A stretch of DNA of 64,000 nt, from the NCBI RefSeq assembly GCF_964204645.1, contig NC_134032.1:12078275-12142274 (forward strand). The letters run 5' to 3'. The stretch is from Tubulanus polymorphus. Lineage: Eukaryota > Animalia > Nemertea. The notes beneath the pieces are model-generated. The model did no database searches and was not told the DNA's origin. It saw nothing but the letters and a program-made list of their open reading frames with translations. Each line of letters starts with the position of its first letter. Position 1 is the stretch's first letter. Shown piece after piece: positions 1 through 12,850 of the stretch. The position numbers were made by a program, and so were the translations under genes.

Positions 1-2599
1 GGTTCATTGAAGTGGAGATGCAAAACATAGCGAATGGGCGTTGAGCAGGGAGAACTAGGGAGCGCGAGGAGAGTGGGAGAAAGAGTGGGAAGAGAGGATG
101 TAAGAGGAAAAGGCGAGTGCCTAGATGGGAGTGAAATTAAATTTGAAAGATATGAGGAGTACGTAGATGAGAGAGATGAGAAGGGTGAGGTAAGTTTTGT
201 TCTCAATGCTTGTTCCGGTGTTCTCTCGATATGTCACCAGGTGAAGAGAGACGAAGGAAGGTAAACTGTAACAATGGTGCGGTTATGCAGATACAGCAGC
301 AGGGGTGTGTTCCCAGGGGAATGATGAATGTTATACCGTCTGTCACTGCAGCTGTGGTTACATGTATATATATAATTACGTCTGCGGACACGTCTAGATC
401 CACAATCGATATTACCGTCGTGACCGTTAGGGTTTGAATTTATGGATCCGGTTGCGCAGACGTTGTTGTGCGGCGGCCACAGAAAAAAACGCCAACCTTC
501 GAAAAAATGTCTTGAGAAAACTCTCACGTGCTCCACCCTAAAAGTGTCAGCAAAAAACCTGGACCAACATTTTTAGCGCATTGTGTCTTGAAACATTTTC
601 TTTCGTTCTCAAGGATCCTCACATAGGATTCAATGCTCTCAAATACTATTCAGAGTAAAAACTAGAGTGATGGACATCTTAAATTCTAGGAAGAATGATT
701 TAGGCTTGCTGCATTATTTCTCTATTGGGGCTAATGTATAAATATATATGTTAAAAAAAAAAAAATCCGGTTATTTAAAACTTTTTCAGACTTAAAAAAC
801 TGATCTTCTGTTGTTTTTGCTTGAAAGTGGATCTTTTGAGTTGGCTGTTGAATTGTATCTCTAGCTATGGGTGCAAATGAAGATATTATGTTGTTTAAAA
901 AAGCTCGATTCTAACAGCTCTCCACATTGATATTTGCTGTTTTGTTTCGGTCTGGAAGTGAATTAAGAAATTTTGGAAAAGTGCCATTTTGCAAATATTG
1001 TTATATCCTAAGCCCTGCAGTGTATACAAAATTCTTGTCAAATCAAACTGTTTTGTCGAATTGGATCGTGAGTTTCAAGGCCGATTAGTTCACTTCCAAT
1101 GATTCTTTCCCATCACAAGTTCCACAACTGCGCCGCCCAATAATTATGAACTTCAAGTAGAGCTAATTTGAATATGATTGATTTAACTGATACCATCCGC
1201 GGCACCAATCAACACCCACCTTTTAATCGTGATCTAACATCGTTAGGTTTTAGGCTATATAATTTTCTGGTGATATCGTTTATATATGGATGTCATTAGT
1301 TTTACCCGTATAAGCCTATGCCGCTAAAAACGATTGACAAATCAAAAGCTCGCCCCGCCCCTCTCCCCCTGTCTATCAATCATTTACTTTGAAGTGTCAA
1401 ACGCATCTTATTCGACCTTAAAGGTTGTTTTTTTTCTGTCTCTAATTAGCTCCGGATAAACCATAAAGACTATAAACGCAACTCGAATCTAAAAAAAACC
1501 GTGTGTACTTTCATGATTTTCTTTTCTACTCTCGGCTCCATAATGACGACGCAATAAACCAGCCTCAGTAATTTCGCGTCTTCTTAGAAACTGCTACCGG
1601 TGCGATCCTCTTGACTTTGATGAATTTAGATTCGCTGCCAGAAACGGCTCGGGATTAAGAAGAAGTCAGACGTATACTCGAATCGTCTGCCTTCCAGTTA
1701 AAAAGAATGTAGCTGATTTAGAAGAACGCACAGTATGCGAGATGATGTTGTTGCGTAAGGGAAAAAAAATTCCGGTGTCCAAATGTCTGGCCGTACAGTA
1801 GCGCCACCTAGTGAGTAGCCTGTATATGGCTGGTGATAGGCCTACCTTATAGGGGAAGAAATAAGCCTTGGTCATAGAAGTAAAAAACCTTCTTAGGCCA
1901 ACTTGGGTTTTACAGCGCGCTATTGGTTTTGCAGTCGATCGTAGTTTAGACAGACTATGCGAGACCAACGAACAGCGGAAATTATTTCATTAACTGAAGT
2001 TTTTGTCGGCGCGTTCAGCGAACTACCCAGAAATTATTGGAATTCTTCAGAAGAAAGAAGAAAGGATAGACATGGCCGAAATCGTCTCTATAACGCGATC
2101 AGGGAAAAAGTCATGTTGAATTGAAAATAGCCCCAATAAAAGAGTAAATATCTTATCGACGTTTCTTTCAGACCCAGAAGAGATGGCTACCTATTTCTAT
2201 GATCACCAAATGAAAGTTGATTGATACTTCTCCATTTAAGAGGGCTGATTCAAAAACCATCATTTAATTCAAATAGTGGTGATTAAGACATACTGTCTTT
2301 TTGCTGAAATTATTTATAGATTTATAGAGGCAGCCATTTTTTCAAGATAGTCGCAAAACGATTGTTTCTTGATGATGTCATAAGGGATGTTCGTTGTTGG
2401 AAGTGGTGCACTTGACAATAATGTCGTTAAAACAACGTATCAAACGAAAATATTTTTCCAAATGAAAAAAAAAAGATGATCTACATCTCAATGCCAACAA
2501 TAGGCGAAGAAGAAGTTCGCGCGCTTGTCGTCTTGGAAACGGCGGAAGTAAAACGATACTTTGCGGGGTGCGCGAACTATCCAAAGAAAAAAACCTTAC

Positions 2600-2640
2600 A
2601 CGCATGAAATAAACCCTGCGTCGTAGAGGTCATTTTCCAT
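2600..2640 (-). CDS. Candidate alternative first coding exon (MENDLYDAGFISC, phase 2; or MTSTTQGLFHA from 2633, phase 1)
   Basis: aacgATGg Kozak and donor |gtaagg. Upstream lie a TATA-like run (2762-2770), a CRE-like TGACGTAA (~2908) and paired E-boxes. Confidence 0.3.
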
Positions 2641-3071
2641 CGTTGGATGCTCGATGTCGGGTTTTTATCATGAAATTGTTTCTTTCTTTCCCCCACGCCG
2701 CGCTGATGGGAGAGTTCAGTTCTACCTCAAGGGGGATATGCAACGACTCGTTTGAATAATGTATATATATCCGCGGGAACGATCCAACGTTTTCTATTGT
2801 GATCTCTACCGAGTAAACGGCCGCGGCAGTAAAATGTCACTGCGATGAGAAACAATGGGGCGACGTCGATGGTAAGCCCCTAGGGATAAACCGAGCGTGT
2901 ACACCGATGACGTAAATATAAGGTCGTACTATTTTATTCGCGTAATGATATCAACTCTAGAAATGATGAGTTATAATCGGCGCTTGTCGACCGCGGGCTA
3001 GGCTCGCGGACGTCGAACGATCAGACGAACCGCCAGGAGGTGCTGAGTGAATATCGTTTAACGCGCCGAGC

Positions 3072-3085
3072 CACGTGAGCACGTG
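3072..3085. promoter_or_regulatory. Tandem E-box pair CACGTG-ag-CACGTG
   Basis: Two perfect E-boxes 2 bp apart in a CpG-rich patch. Another at 3478. Confidence 0.45.
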
Positions 3086-3878
3086 ACAACCACCGTATAT
3101 CCATTGCAACAAACATAATTTGTTGTCCGCGCAAAAATTAACCTTTCTGATAGGCAGGTGAAATCCGAATTACTCCTTTTTAAATATTTCTTCGAGCTGG
3201 GAACTATTCCACGCTATACTGGACTTGAACCAAAGAAATTGGCATTTTAGCCCCCTACCCCGAACCCCCTAAAGTCGGTCGATTGTAATTCGTCAATCCT
3301 CGCCGCCAGCACCATCACTTTAATCCACATATCCTGTGATTGGAATCCTCGGTCGGGTAATGATCGCCTTTCGTTCGAGCTACCTACCATCGTAAACCGC
3401 GCTCACCGCCGTAAAAAATCCGGTCACTAAATCCTTTGAGTGAAATGTCACCGTATATGTCAATTTTAAAACTTAGTCACGTGTCATTTGACCGTTAACG
3501 TTAACGGGTCCCGGATGTCGAACCGGATGCAGACGGTAACTAGCGTCTAACAAGGCGATTGACATAATCTCCACAATCGGCCGTCTCGGAGCGGAAATTC
3601 AATGGAATGTAACCGCACAGGCGCAGGTATCTGCGGGATCGATTCTTTTGTTGGAAAAAAAAAACGTTAGGGGATTTAGGGAATAGATGGTTTTCGTGCG
3701 TGCGCAGTAAAACAAGCTCGCCACATGGGACCCGTCAACGTAGACTTTAAGGAACTAGAAAAAAAGTTTATTGATGAAAATGACGGAATTTATCTGAGCC
3801 GGCACAACCCCTGGGATGTCTGGACATTTTGTGCGGAATGAATCTCAAATCTAACTAACTTTGTTGACAAGATATCTG

Positions 3879-4005
3879 GGGCCAGTTGCTCAAAAGTTGG
3901 TTAAAGATAACTGGCGGATAAATACCATAGCAACAATGATATTTCAATTGTCACTATGTCAACTATCCACTGGTTATCTGTAACCAACTTTTGAGCAACT
4001 AGCCC
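3879..4005. mobile_element. MITE family A, PIF/Harbinger-like (CWG TSD)
   Basis: TIR gggccagttgctcaaaagttggtta / taaccaacttttgagcaactagccc, flanked by CTG on both sides. Copies at 8632-8760, degenerate at ~32363-32460 and ~57335-57395. Confidence 0.85.
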
Positions 4006-4390
4006 CTGATTGTTGAATTGCCCTACATGTAACACGGAAATAAGCGTCCGTCCCTGAGAGGCATGTCATCATTTTTATATCAAAATATTTTGGTTTTTAC
4101 TTCAAGGTTTTGTGGTTCAAAAATTCTCAAGCGTCTACTCAGAAACACTGCATTTCATTTGCATGAATTTCAGGTCGAGTTTATGAACATGCTTTTGATT
4201 TCGCTTTTGGATGAGACGTTCTCGAAAAAGATAGCTGTTGCTTTGAACCACCTTGTGACATCACTCACGTATCCATACCCTCCCAGGCGATTTATAACAA
4301 TCTACTGATTCCCCTTGAAATTGTGACGACTATTCAATCATGAAAGGTAACGTTGCGCGCCCTTCTTGGATAACATATTGTATACGCTTT

Positions 4391-4700
4391 AGTCTCCCTC
4401 CATGTACCATAGAAATGATTGGAGTGTAAATAAGGTCCTTATCCTTATCCTAAAATGAAATTCATGAACTCTGTTTGCAATCTAAAAAAATAATCCAACA
4501 ATATTAGGTCAATTCAGAAAAAATAGGCTTAGATGTATATGTAGATCCTTGCAACAGTGAATGATGTATGTGTATTGTCCATAACTTTGCTATAAAAAGG
4601 TTTATATTTATTTATATTTTCTGTTTTTTTTTTGGTTGTAAATATCGTTATAGTCTCCCACCATATTCGGTTGGAGTGTAGATAAATTCGTAATTCACGT
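4391..4700 (+). mobile_element. Two short retroposon 3'-end remnants; same family inverted at ~30977-31045
   Basis: ctccat(g/a)taccat(a/g)gaaatg(a/g)ttggagtgtaaataa followed by a short tandem tail. Confidence 0.55.
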
Positions 4701-5026
4701 TCCAAATTCCTAACTAGATGACCTACCCATATGAACCCCTCTCTGATTCTGTCCTCAAATATATAATCTTCTCCCTCTCTTTCTCTGACTTCCCCGGCCT
4801 GTCTCTCTCTCTCGCACTCCTCTCCCCGCTCTCTCGCTCTCTCTCTCTTTCTCTCTTTCTCTCTCTAACTCTGTTTTCCTTTCTCGATATAAAGTGTCTC
4901 CTCTCGCGGCCGATTGTTTAACGACCGTGAAATTATCGTCGGAGATGAGACTGTCAGCTCTCATCAATATCTCAAAAAGCCGGTTTGATATATCAATAGA
5001 ACGAATGAGATCAATATCACACGGTT

Positions 5027-5183
5027 CACGCGTTATTCGATATATTACATACGCGAAACATTCGTTAGCCGCTTGACCACTGGATCACGTGACCTGCGGT
5101 GTTAGTCAATCTAATGCGTAATCACGTGATCTCAGAAGTGGCGCTCAACGATCGTCACGTGGTGGTGCAATTAGCATCACGTT
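5027..5183. promoter_or_regulatory. E-box cluster (bHLH/bHLH-ZIP/bHLH-PAS enhancer candidate)
   Basis: CACGTG at 5086, 5123 and 5156, plus CACGCG at 5027 and CACGTT at 5178. Confidence 0.55.
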
Positions 5184-5461
5184 ACCTGGCAGTAAGTGGT
5201 GAAATCGCATGTACCACTAGTTGTAAATTTGTGGTCACCGCTGGCCAGTAAAAGTAGTTTTTCTACCGCAAGTGATCGATTTCGGATCTACAACATTATC
5301 CAGTAGTCAATATAAGATTATCGCTTAACGCGGCCACTCAATCTCCTTGACCAGTGGTCAATGAGATATACAATGAGCATGTCACCGATACGTGTTTTTG
5401 TCATAATGCTATTGGCCTTTTCGATTTTAGTAAATATAACGTAGTGAAGCCGTGTTAACCA

Positions 5462-5597
5462 GGGGAGGGTGCAGAAAAACTCTGTTAGTGCTCTAACCGT
5501 GGCTAGTAAACTGTGGTTAGGCGTGAATAGGTGCAGGAAAACGCTGTAAGCTAACCGCAGATAAGCCACTAACCGAGTTTTCCTGCAGCCACCTCTC
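5462..5597. mobile_element. Degenerate MITE-like foldback element
   Basis: gggtgcagaaaaactctgttagtg is inversely repeated as cactaaccgagttttcctgcagcc. Confidence 0.6.
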
Positions 5598-5946
5598 GGG
5601 TCGAATCAGTAAACCGTAGAGGCTAATCACTTTAGGGGATAACTAGTTTTTAAAATATAAGCTTATGAAGCTACTTATACATGGAAGTTTCATCGGGTAA
5701 ATTCAAAATTGGAGTAAAATCAATCATGATAACTCCAAGATTCAACACTAGCCATCATTTAACCGATGAAGTGTATTATGAAGTGTAACATGTATTAGTA
5801 GCGAAAGCTCTTAAACTAGTTAACCCATAACGTACTATCTGTCTATCTAGGTTTGAGGTAGTAAAAATACAGTTAGTTACAATGCTTGTGCATAAAAACA
5901 GCCACGATGTTTTGTCAAACTATTACATCAAGGCAATATACCTTAC

Positions 5947-6078
5947 CCAGTTAGCTTTGCCGAATGCCTCCATGATTCGTCGAGTTAGTTCGGTATCGTT
6001 TGCTGAACCGTCGTCGGTATCTTTTTTGTCATTGAACTGGAAATCTTTGAATATGTCCCAATCGTCCATCAAATCCAT
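5947..6078 (-). CDS. Exon of an unidentified minus-strand gene (MDLMDDWDIFKDFQFNDKKDTDDGSANDTELTRRIMEAFGKANW)
   Basis: Strong acceptor attttttttcag| and donor TGG|gtaagg. 132 nt, only frame 0 is open, protein-like composition. Family not recognised. Confidence 0.65.
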
Positions 6079-6340
6079 CTGAAAAAAAATCAAATGACGC
6101 TACGTGAGAATTTCAACTAGAGATTAAAAAACAACGGGTATGGAAAGCAAGGCGATCCCGATAACGATACAGCGGCAAGTGAGGACCAAACAGGAGTGCT
6201 AGCGTGCAGTAAGACATCAACTACAGAAAAACTACAAAAATCTATCAGAACCTTCAAAAACAAAATGACCATCATAGAAATTACACGAAATATATTGTCC
6301 GGTAACAATTCTACCGTTGGCTTTAAATGATTTTACAGAC

Positions 6341-6438
6341 CTCTTCTCCTTTCTGCCTTTTCGTCGATGACATTTTGTCCATTGCAAACATGAACGAATT
6401 TCCTCGGAGAGCGATACAGATTCGAGTTGCCCTGAAGC
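6341..6438 (-). CDS. Candidate exon upstream of the 5947-6078 exon (...MFAMDKMSSTKRQKGEE)
   Basis: Ends GAG|gtctgt in phase 0, compatible with the next exon. The acceptor (aaacag) has a poor pyrimidine tract. Confidence 0.3.
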
Positions 6439-6608
6439 CTGTTTGATTTATAAACTGCTAAATTTTCAACAGACGGCGGGAAGTAGTATTTACAAACACA
6501 TCTAAAATCACCCCCAGCAGCGTATTGTGGATAAACATTTCAGGTGCTAATAAAAGCTACGGATGTTAGTAAGTCTGTCAACATAAGCCAACACCCAGCG
6601 TGACTTAC

Positions 6609-6633
6609 ACTTTGTTTTCGTCTTGGGGTCCAT
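6609..6633 (-). CDS. Candidate alternative first coding exon (MDPKTKTK, phase 1)
   Basis: Strong Kozak aaaaccATGg followed by T|gtaagt. In frame with 6438-6341 and then 6078-5947. Confidence 0.3.
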
Positions 6634-6904
6634 GGTTTTACGACTGGTCAAAATTCGCTTTTTGATCAACTTTTTGAAAATTCGATTCTTATATCTTAAA
6701 AAAAACGCGTGTTATTTATTATACGAATCTCCGGTAAAGGATGTGATCTTGTTGTTATTGTAAAGTTAATCAAGATTCTTTCATTAGCGCAATTAACATA
6801 TTTGCAAAACAAAATTCTGGGCGCATTTTAAGAGGCTATATTACGATCGTTACGATCGTTATATCAAATGTAGAAAAATAATCCGTGATGCGAGGACACC
6901 GCAG

Positions 6905-7205
6905 ACTACTGGGGCAGATTCCACTTGTGGCGAACGAGAATCCAACAGGTTTGGTAGTATGCAGTAGGATATCAACTACTGTGGAAGGAGAGGTCGGATT
7001 CTTCTTCCAGTGAGTGAGGCTCTACCAGCTGTACTAATGTGCAGTAGGACATCAACGACTGCGACAATAGAAGATTCCACCTTTGGCAAGTGAGGATTCA
7101 CCAAGTGCGCTAGTGTGCATTAGGACATCGACTACTGCGATAATAGAAGATTCCGCTTTTGGCAAGTGAGGATCCACCAGGTGCGCTAGTGTGCAGTAGG
7201 ACATC
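6905..7205 (+). repeat. 76-bp minisatellite family, ~4 units
   Basis: gtgca(g/t)taggacatc recurs at 7039, 7115 and 7191. Other arrays at 13886-14412, 17880-18056, 27992-28105, 39866-40226, 45060-45245 and 51735-51785. Confidence 0.9.
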
Positions 7206-8631
7206 GGGTGAATGAACAAAATCTCGATAAACTATAGTAGGGTTAGCTGACAGCGCGGGCTCTTGTTCTATATTCAATGGTGGCTGAAAAATTCGCTCCT
7301 TCACATTTCAAGGTGATCGCGAACAAAAAGAAAAAATGATGAATGCAAGAACGACGCCCTCCAACCATACTAAACGGAAACGGAAGTGGCGAGGAATATT
7401 CGGTAGGTGATTTATAATGGCGGGAAGCAAATAACAAATTCGTAATAATATTCAATAATATCGTTACAAAATATTGATAATAATCATCGCAAAGAGCTGA
7501 CTGGTATACGGTGACTATTGAACAGTACAGGAAACGGTGTAACGGGCTTTTTAGCGCTGGGTATGCGCGCGCAAAGAACGCTTACGGCCAAGCGGGTTTT
7601 TATGTGCGCTGTGACGAGGGTATGCAAGCGTTGATCGGAATATTAAGCCAGTTACGAGTTAATGATGGGAATAGCGAACTGAGAGATACAGAGACAGAGA
7701 GATAGGGAGACAGAGCGTGATAAACAGCAAAGCCACTGTCCTCATGTCTGAGAGACTTTCTAATAAAAAAAGGAAGTTTTTTCAAGTCTTTTCCACCAGT
7801 TCTCGGTTTTTGTTGGCGATATAGTAGCCACCTGTTTAAATCTCCCAATGAAAAAATCAAGAGTGTACAGTTGAACCATAATGGTAACGACTCGCCCTCA
7901 CCATCCTGGCTGTTTTCTATCTATGCCTCTATCTCCCGTCCAACCGTATAGCCGCTTTTTGTTCACCCACCCAACTCCACATCATGGTGAGCAGTGGGGA
8001 TTTTTATAAATCCGCAAATCGAATTCATCCATTCAACTTTTATAGAGTCAAAACAAAGACGTGATTCAATAAGGATATACACACAGAGAGCCGAGTCGAG
8101 GAAATCTGATCCTATCAATGAATGCCGCGATAAATAAGAGACGATAATATTTTATCAGCGCCATCGTGAAAAAAGCTGCGGGGAAAAATCTTATCGAATA
8201 TCAACCGTAAACATGAAATTAGTTTAACGATTTGCATCCCCGAAGCGTGTTGTGGATTCGTCAGTGTCCTTCACCTTCAAAACCTGCACGAGTAAACACA
8301 CTGAAATGCAAAATGCACGTAACGCTTTTAATTTAACCGAGGAGCGCTTTATAGATAACGGTGGCCTGACTAACAGTGGGTCTTGCTGAGCACCCGAATT
8401 TTATATTCGATGTTTCGTTAAGTTTTCATCGACTATTGATTGAGCTCGTATCAGCGACACCTGGCGGAAGCACACTATTTTTGAGAAGCCGAGGGTTCCA
8501 TGGCGATCGAATATTCACCACTCATGGCAAGTGATGATCCACCAGGCGCGCTAGTGTGCAATCAGTCTACATCGTGTCGTACCGTACTTTGTCTTGCGTC
8601 TTACTAACTGTGGCAATATCGGATCCAAATG

Positions 8632-8760
8632 GGGCCAGTTGCTCAATGGTTGGTTAAAGATAACCGGCGGATAGATACCTGATAGTACTAATGAACTTTT
8701 AATTGTCACTATGTCAACTATGCGCAGGTAAACTCTAACCAACCTTTGAGCAACTGGCCC
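8632..8760. mobile_element. MITE family A copy inserted in a 76-bp minisatellite remnant
   Basis: Colinear with 3879-4005 with the same TIRs. Flanks are 76-bp-family sequence. Confidence 0.85.
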
Positions 8761-10493
8761 CAGGTGCAACGTCTGTGACAATGGATTCTTCTTGTGGCAG
8801 GTGCGCGCTATTTGTTATCTATTAATATTTTTACCAGCTAATGTTGCAGTTTCGTTTTCACATCGAACTTGTAGCGTCATATAAGAGATTGCTTTTACTT
8901 TCGGTGGGATGAACTTTACAGATTTCTGATAAATATTAAAAGTAACTTCTGTGGAATATCTCACCAGATATTCGAATTTTCACAATAACTATACTAAAAG
9001 CGTTGAGTCTGATGAGATAGTCGATAATGCTAAGTGCTGTCAATATGATAACACGATGTTGGAAGAAATGCATTTCAATTATTGATGAACACTAATAGGT
9101 TAAGGATATCTCTGAATCAGACACATTGAAAGTATTTAACTCAGGCATCCAGAACTTAGCTTCTCCCGGAGGTAGGATTTATCACCTTCTGTCAATTCCT
9201 TTCTTCCCCGAGGCTCAGATTCCATAACTCAGACTATGACAAACTAATTCTATGAAACAGCCTATAAGTTAACTACAAAGCCTGTGACGTCAGTAAAGAG
9301 AACCACCTAGCGGTAACCGATGTCGTGAAAACGATTAATGCAAATAGTTGAATGAATATAGATATTTTCCCATATACCAAGCAGGTCACATCCGAGCAAA
9401 ATTGGAATATTTGCATACGGCAGATGAGAGAAAAAAGTCCGTTGAAAAAATTGTGAAGAAAATGATGGCGTTGAAGCTCTCTCCGGCGAGGAAGGGATTA
9501 CCCGAGCGCGCGCCTGCCATCGGGTATGTTTAGTTGATTAAATAAAACCCGTAGAAAATCTATTGCACCGAAAGTCACATCAAAGACCGCAAGACATTGA
9601 AATTTAGTGAAAGCAATATTTTTATAGGAATTCTCTCTCTCTCTCTTCTGTGATAACGGCGAAGTTGCATTAAAAGCGGCCGGTCAATATAACTGCAGGT
9701 CTTATCGGAGATGGGAAAGTCACAGTTTGTATCCAACAGTCACGAATGTCACTTATCGACGAGTAATCCTACAAAAACAGTTTATCTAAGCTTGGATTTG
9801 CTCTCGAGTTAGATCAGAGTTTAAATAGCTATTAAGTTCGAACTCGACCCAGCTTAGCACGGACGGCTACGAAAGAAATAACTTATCCTTTAAATGGTTA
9901 AGTTTGAATTGCTGTATCCATTTGAAAATACGAAAGAGCCAATAGCAACTAAACCGAAAATTTGAATTTAACATTTTCGGGAAATATCCGAACCAACACT
10001 TAATTGTATTAGTTATAATGGACTAGAAGTTGCTGGTTGAAATATAATATGCAGCAGGCTATAGCGGTATGTTCTATTAACCTGGATCTGTGTCCACCGC
10101 AGCTGGGTAAGATTATTGGTCAGGTCATTTGTGATTGTCACATGGCGTTAACTGGTTCTAACAACATGGTCGGTTTATATCTCGTGTAACTGTCACAGCC
10201 GCGCCGCTGAGACCCGACACGCGAGCGATCAGCTCTGAATATCAGTGGTCAAGGTTCCTGCATAATACCTTACCCACATCGGTAGGTAATTACCAGGAAC
10301 TATGCTGCGCATGCAAAGCAGGGCTCCATCCGGCAGCGATTTTAAAAACGTTCTTGAATAATCCAGATATGAAATAGATATATCGGATTTGACTTTGACA
10401 CCATAAAGAATTGCTATATTCAATAATTCTAGGTTCGAATCCCGACATTGTTGCTTTTAACGCGCGAATGTGAAGGAAGGGGTTAGGTAAACA

Positions 10494-10670
10494 AATTTCT
10501 CCGCAGCGGCTGGGCCATTTTTGTGAAATATGATAAAATTTGTAATCAGTTCATTTCCATAGCTGCCGGGTCTGTTACGGTAAAATTGGTCACGATTTAG
10601 AAAAAGTAATGTATAGGGCCAACTTTTAAGCTCAACAGAGCGGAGGAACAAGGTATCATTTTTTAGCCGT
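10494..10670. mobile_element. Truncated copy of the 60564-60783 MITE family
   Basis: Colinear similarity (tttctccgcagcggc...cagagcggaggaacaaggtatcatttt). Confidence 0.8.
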
Positions 10671-11269
10671 AAAAGTGATTTTTTAGTATTAGAAACGCGA
10701 ACGCTTGAAATGCAAATACAGGCGGAAACAAGTGCTTAAACATTGTTGATTACATTTTCTGCGTACCAACAAGCTCTTACTCTTTTTTGAACGGAGGACA
10801 TTTTTTATTGTCTCGCGTTATAAGTAAAGAAACTTTGCATTCGCTCGAGATTAGACATTTTCCGACGAAATGAAGCTTGTGAAAAACGAGGAAGCGTTAA
10901 GGATGAATCGGAGCTACCATTGTCAAATTGCTGCAGAGACAGGGCGAAAAAATGTGCGGTTTTTCCGCGAAGAAATGGAAACGTGATCGCTTAAAGAATT
11001 CTCCTTTAAACATGGCAACAAGACGTGATTGTTGTGAATGTGGTGAATATTGGGTCGTTTCGTCTTTCTGTATGGATACTCGATCCACCAAGAGATCATG
11101 CATACAGACCTCTCATATTCTCCACATGACATTATCAAATAACACAAATAACCTAGAATTATACTATTATCTAAAAACTGATTTTATTTTTCGGATGAAA
11201 TCATGAAAATGAAGTTGGTATTTGACCGTAGAATATAACCAGTCTCAAATAAAGAGACAAGAGTCGCCA

Positions 11270-12060
11270 GCATCTGAAACTCTTACTGGATGCCAACCCG
11301 GGTTGAATTTTACCAGTCCCAATTTTACCGCAGTAAGAGACAGAGCCTGCTGTATTTCACAAACTCTTAATCAGTATTTGACTCAAACTCGGGACAGGAT
11401 TTTGTCAGTCTCAAGTTGACCTCAATAAGAGACATAGTTTAGTGTATTTTCAAACTCTTACTCGGTATTTGACTCCAACTCGGGATAGAATTGTGTCAGT
11501 CTCAAGTTGACCTCAATAAGGGACATAGTTTAGTGTATTTTCAAACTCTTACTCGGTATTTGACTCCAACTCGGGATAGAATTTTGTCAGTCTCAAGTTG
11601 ACCTCAATAAGGGACATAGTTTAGTGTATTTTCAAACTCTTACTCGGTATTTGACTCCAACTCGGGATAGAATTTTGTCAGTCTCAAGTTGACCTCAATA
11701 AGGGACATAGTTTACTGTATTTTTCAAACTCGTACTCAATATTTGACACCAACTTTCGATAGAATTTTACCAGTCGTAACTTTACCGCAGTAAGAGACAG
11801 AACATGCTGTATTTCACAAACTCTTAATCAGTATTTGACTCAAACTCGGGACAGGATTTTGTCAGTCTCAAGTTGACCTCAATAAGGGACATAGTTTACT
11901 GTATTTTTCAAACTCGTACTCAATATTTGACACCAACTTTCGATAGAATTTTACCAGTCGTAACTTAACCGCAGTAAGAGATAGAGTCTACCCAAAATTC
12001 TTGCTCAGTATTCGACAGCAACTCGGGGTAGAATTTTACCTCAACTTTGCCGCCACAAGA
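11270..12060 (+). repeat. 91-bp tandem repeat, ~8-9 units
   Basis: gtcagtctcaagttgacc starts at 11404, 11495, 11586 and 11677. Inverted arrays at ~14900-15075 and ~48795-49250. Confidence 0.95.
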
Positions 12061-12420
12061 GTCAAAAAAGTTTTCCAAGTTCGGCCATATTCAATTACTT
12101 TACCAAGAAACCAAAGCATAAGAATACCCCAAAGCACATAAATAGGTAAATACAATTAGTATGTTATCCGACATCGATTTCGGATAAGTCACAAAAAACC
12201 GTTAACGAACTTAGCACCAGCTTACCTCGATAACAGTAGGAGTATTACGACGTGTACGACGATAGTAGTTACTTCCAAACATGATTTTCCGCCTTTGAAC
12301 GTTTTTTTTTATCACTCGCGAAAATCTGCTAATTCGCGATAATTTCTGATCTGTTTTTCTTTTTCTCTCTCTCTCTCGACGTATACAATCAATAGTTGAT
12401 CCGACGAGAAAATGACTTAC

Positions 12421-12850
12421 ACAACATTGGACGATCTTCTCGAAAAGTTCTCAACTAACTATATAAACAACAGTTGTCGATAATGATCAGACGGTAATCC
12501 GCGGTGGTGGCAACGAATGCGTCCTGTCAAACAGTGTTGTTAATCAAATTATGTCAGAGGCGGTTTCTTTGCGCGACCGCGCGAGTGTCGCCAGGTCGGT
12601 TTAACAGTGGCCGCAATTATCGACGATCGTCATATACGTATTATTCACGATCTGATCTTTGTACGGTTGCCGTCGCCGCCGCTGCCGTCTGCGCAGGGTG
12701 GTGAACTGCACAAGAATTGACGACGTCAAACGCGCACTCTCTCTGATAAAAAAAATGTTGTTATGTGATTATCGTTATGTGTTGTTGTTGTTGTTGTTGT
12801 GAATGGTGCATCAGTTCAGTAGCGAGTTTTCTATCTCGCGCGTTGTAATC
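12421..12850 (-). other. Candidate promoter/5'UTR exon ending at a GTAAGT donor (12420-12415)
   Basis: CpG-rich unique sequence with a (CAA)n run, flanked by a long purine/pyrimidine tract. Ends ATG TTG T|gtaagt. Upstream boundary is approximate. Confidence 0.3.

Noticed and set aside
5854-5874. let-7-like TGAGGTAGTA...TACAGTT
   Set aside because: The centre differs, and the only partner strand gives a short interrupted stem with an oversized loop.
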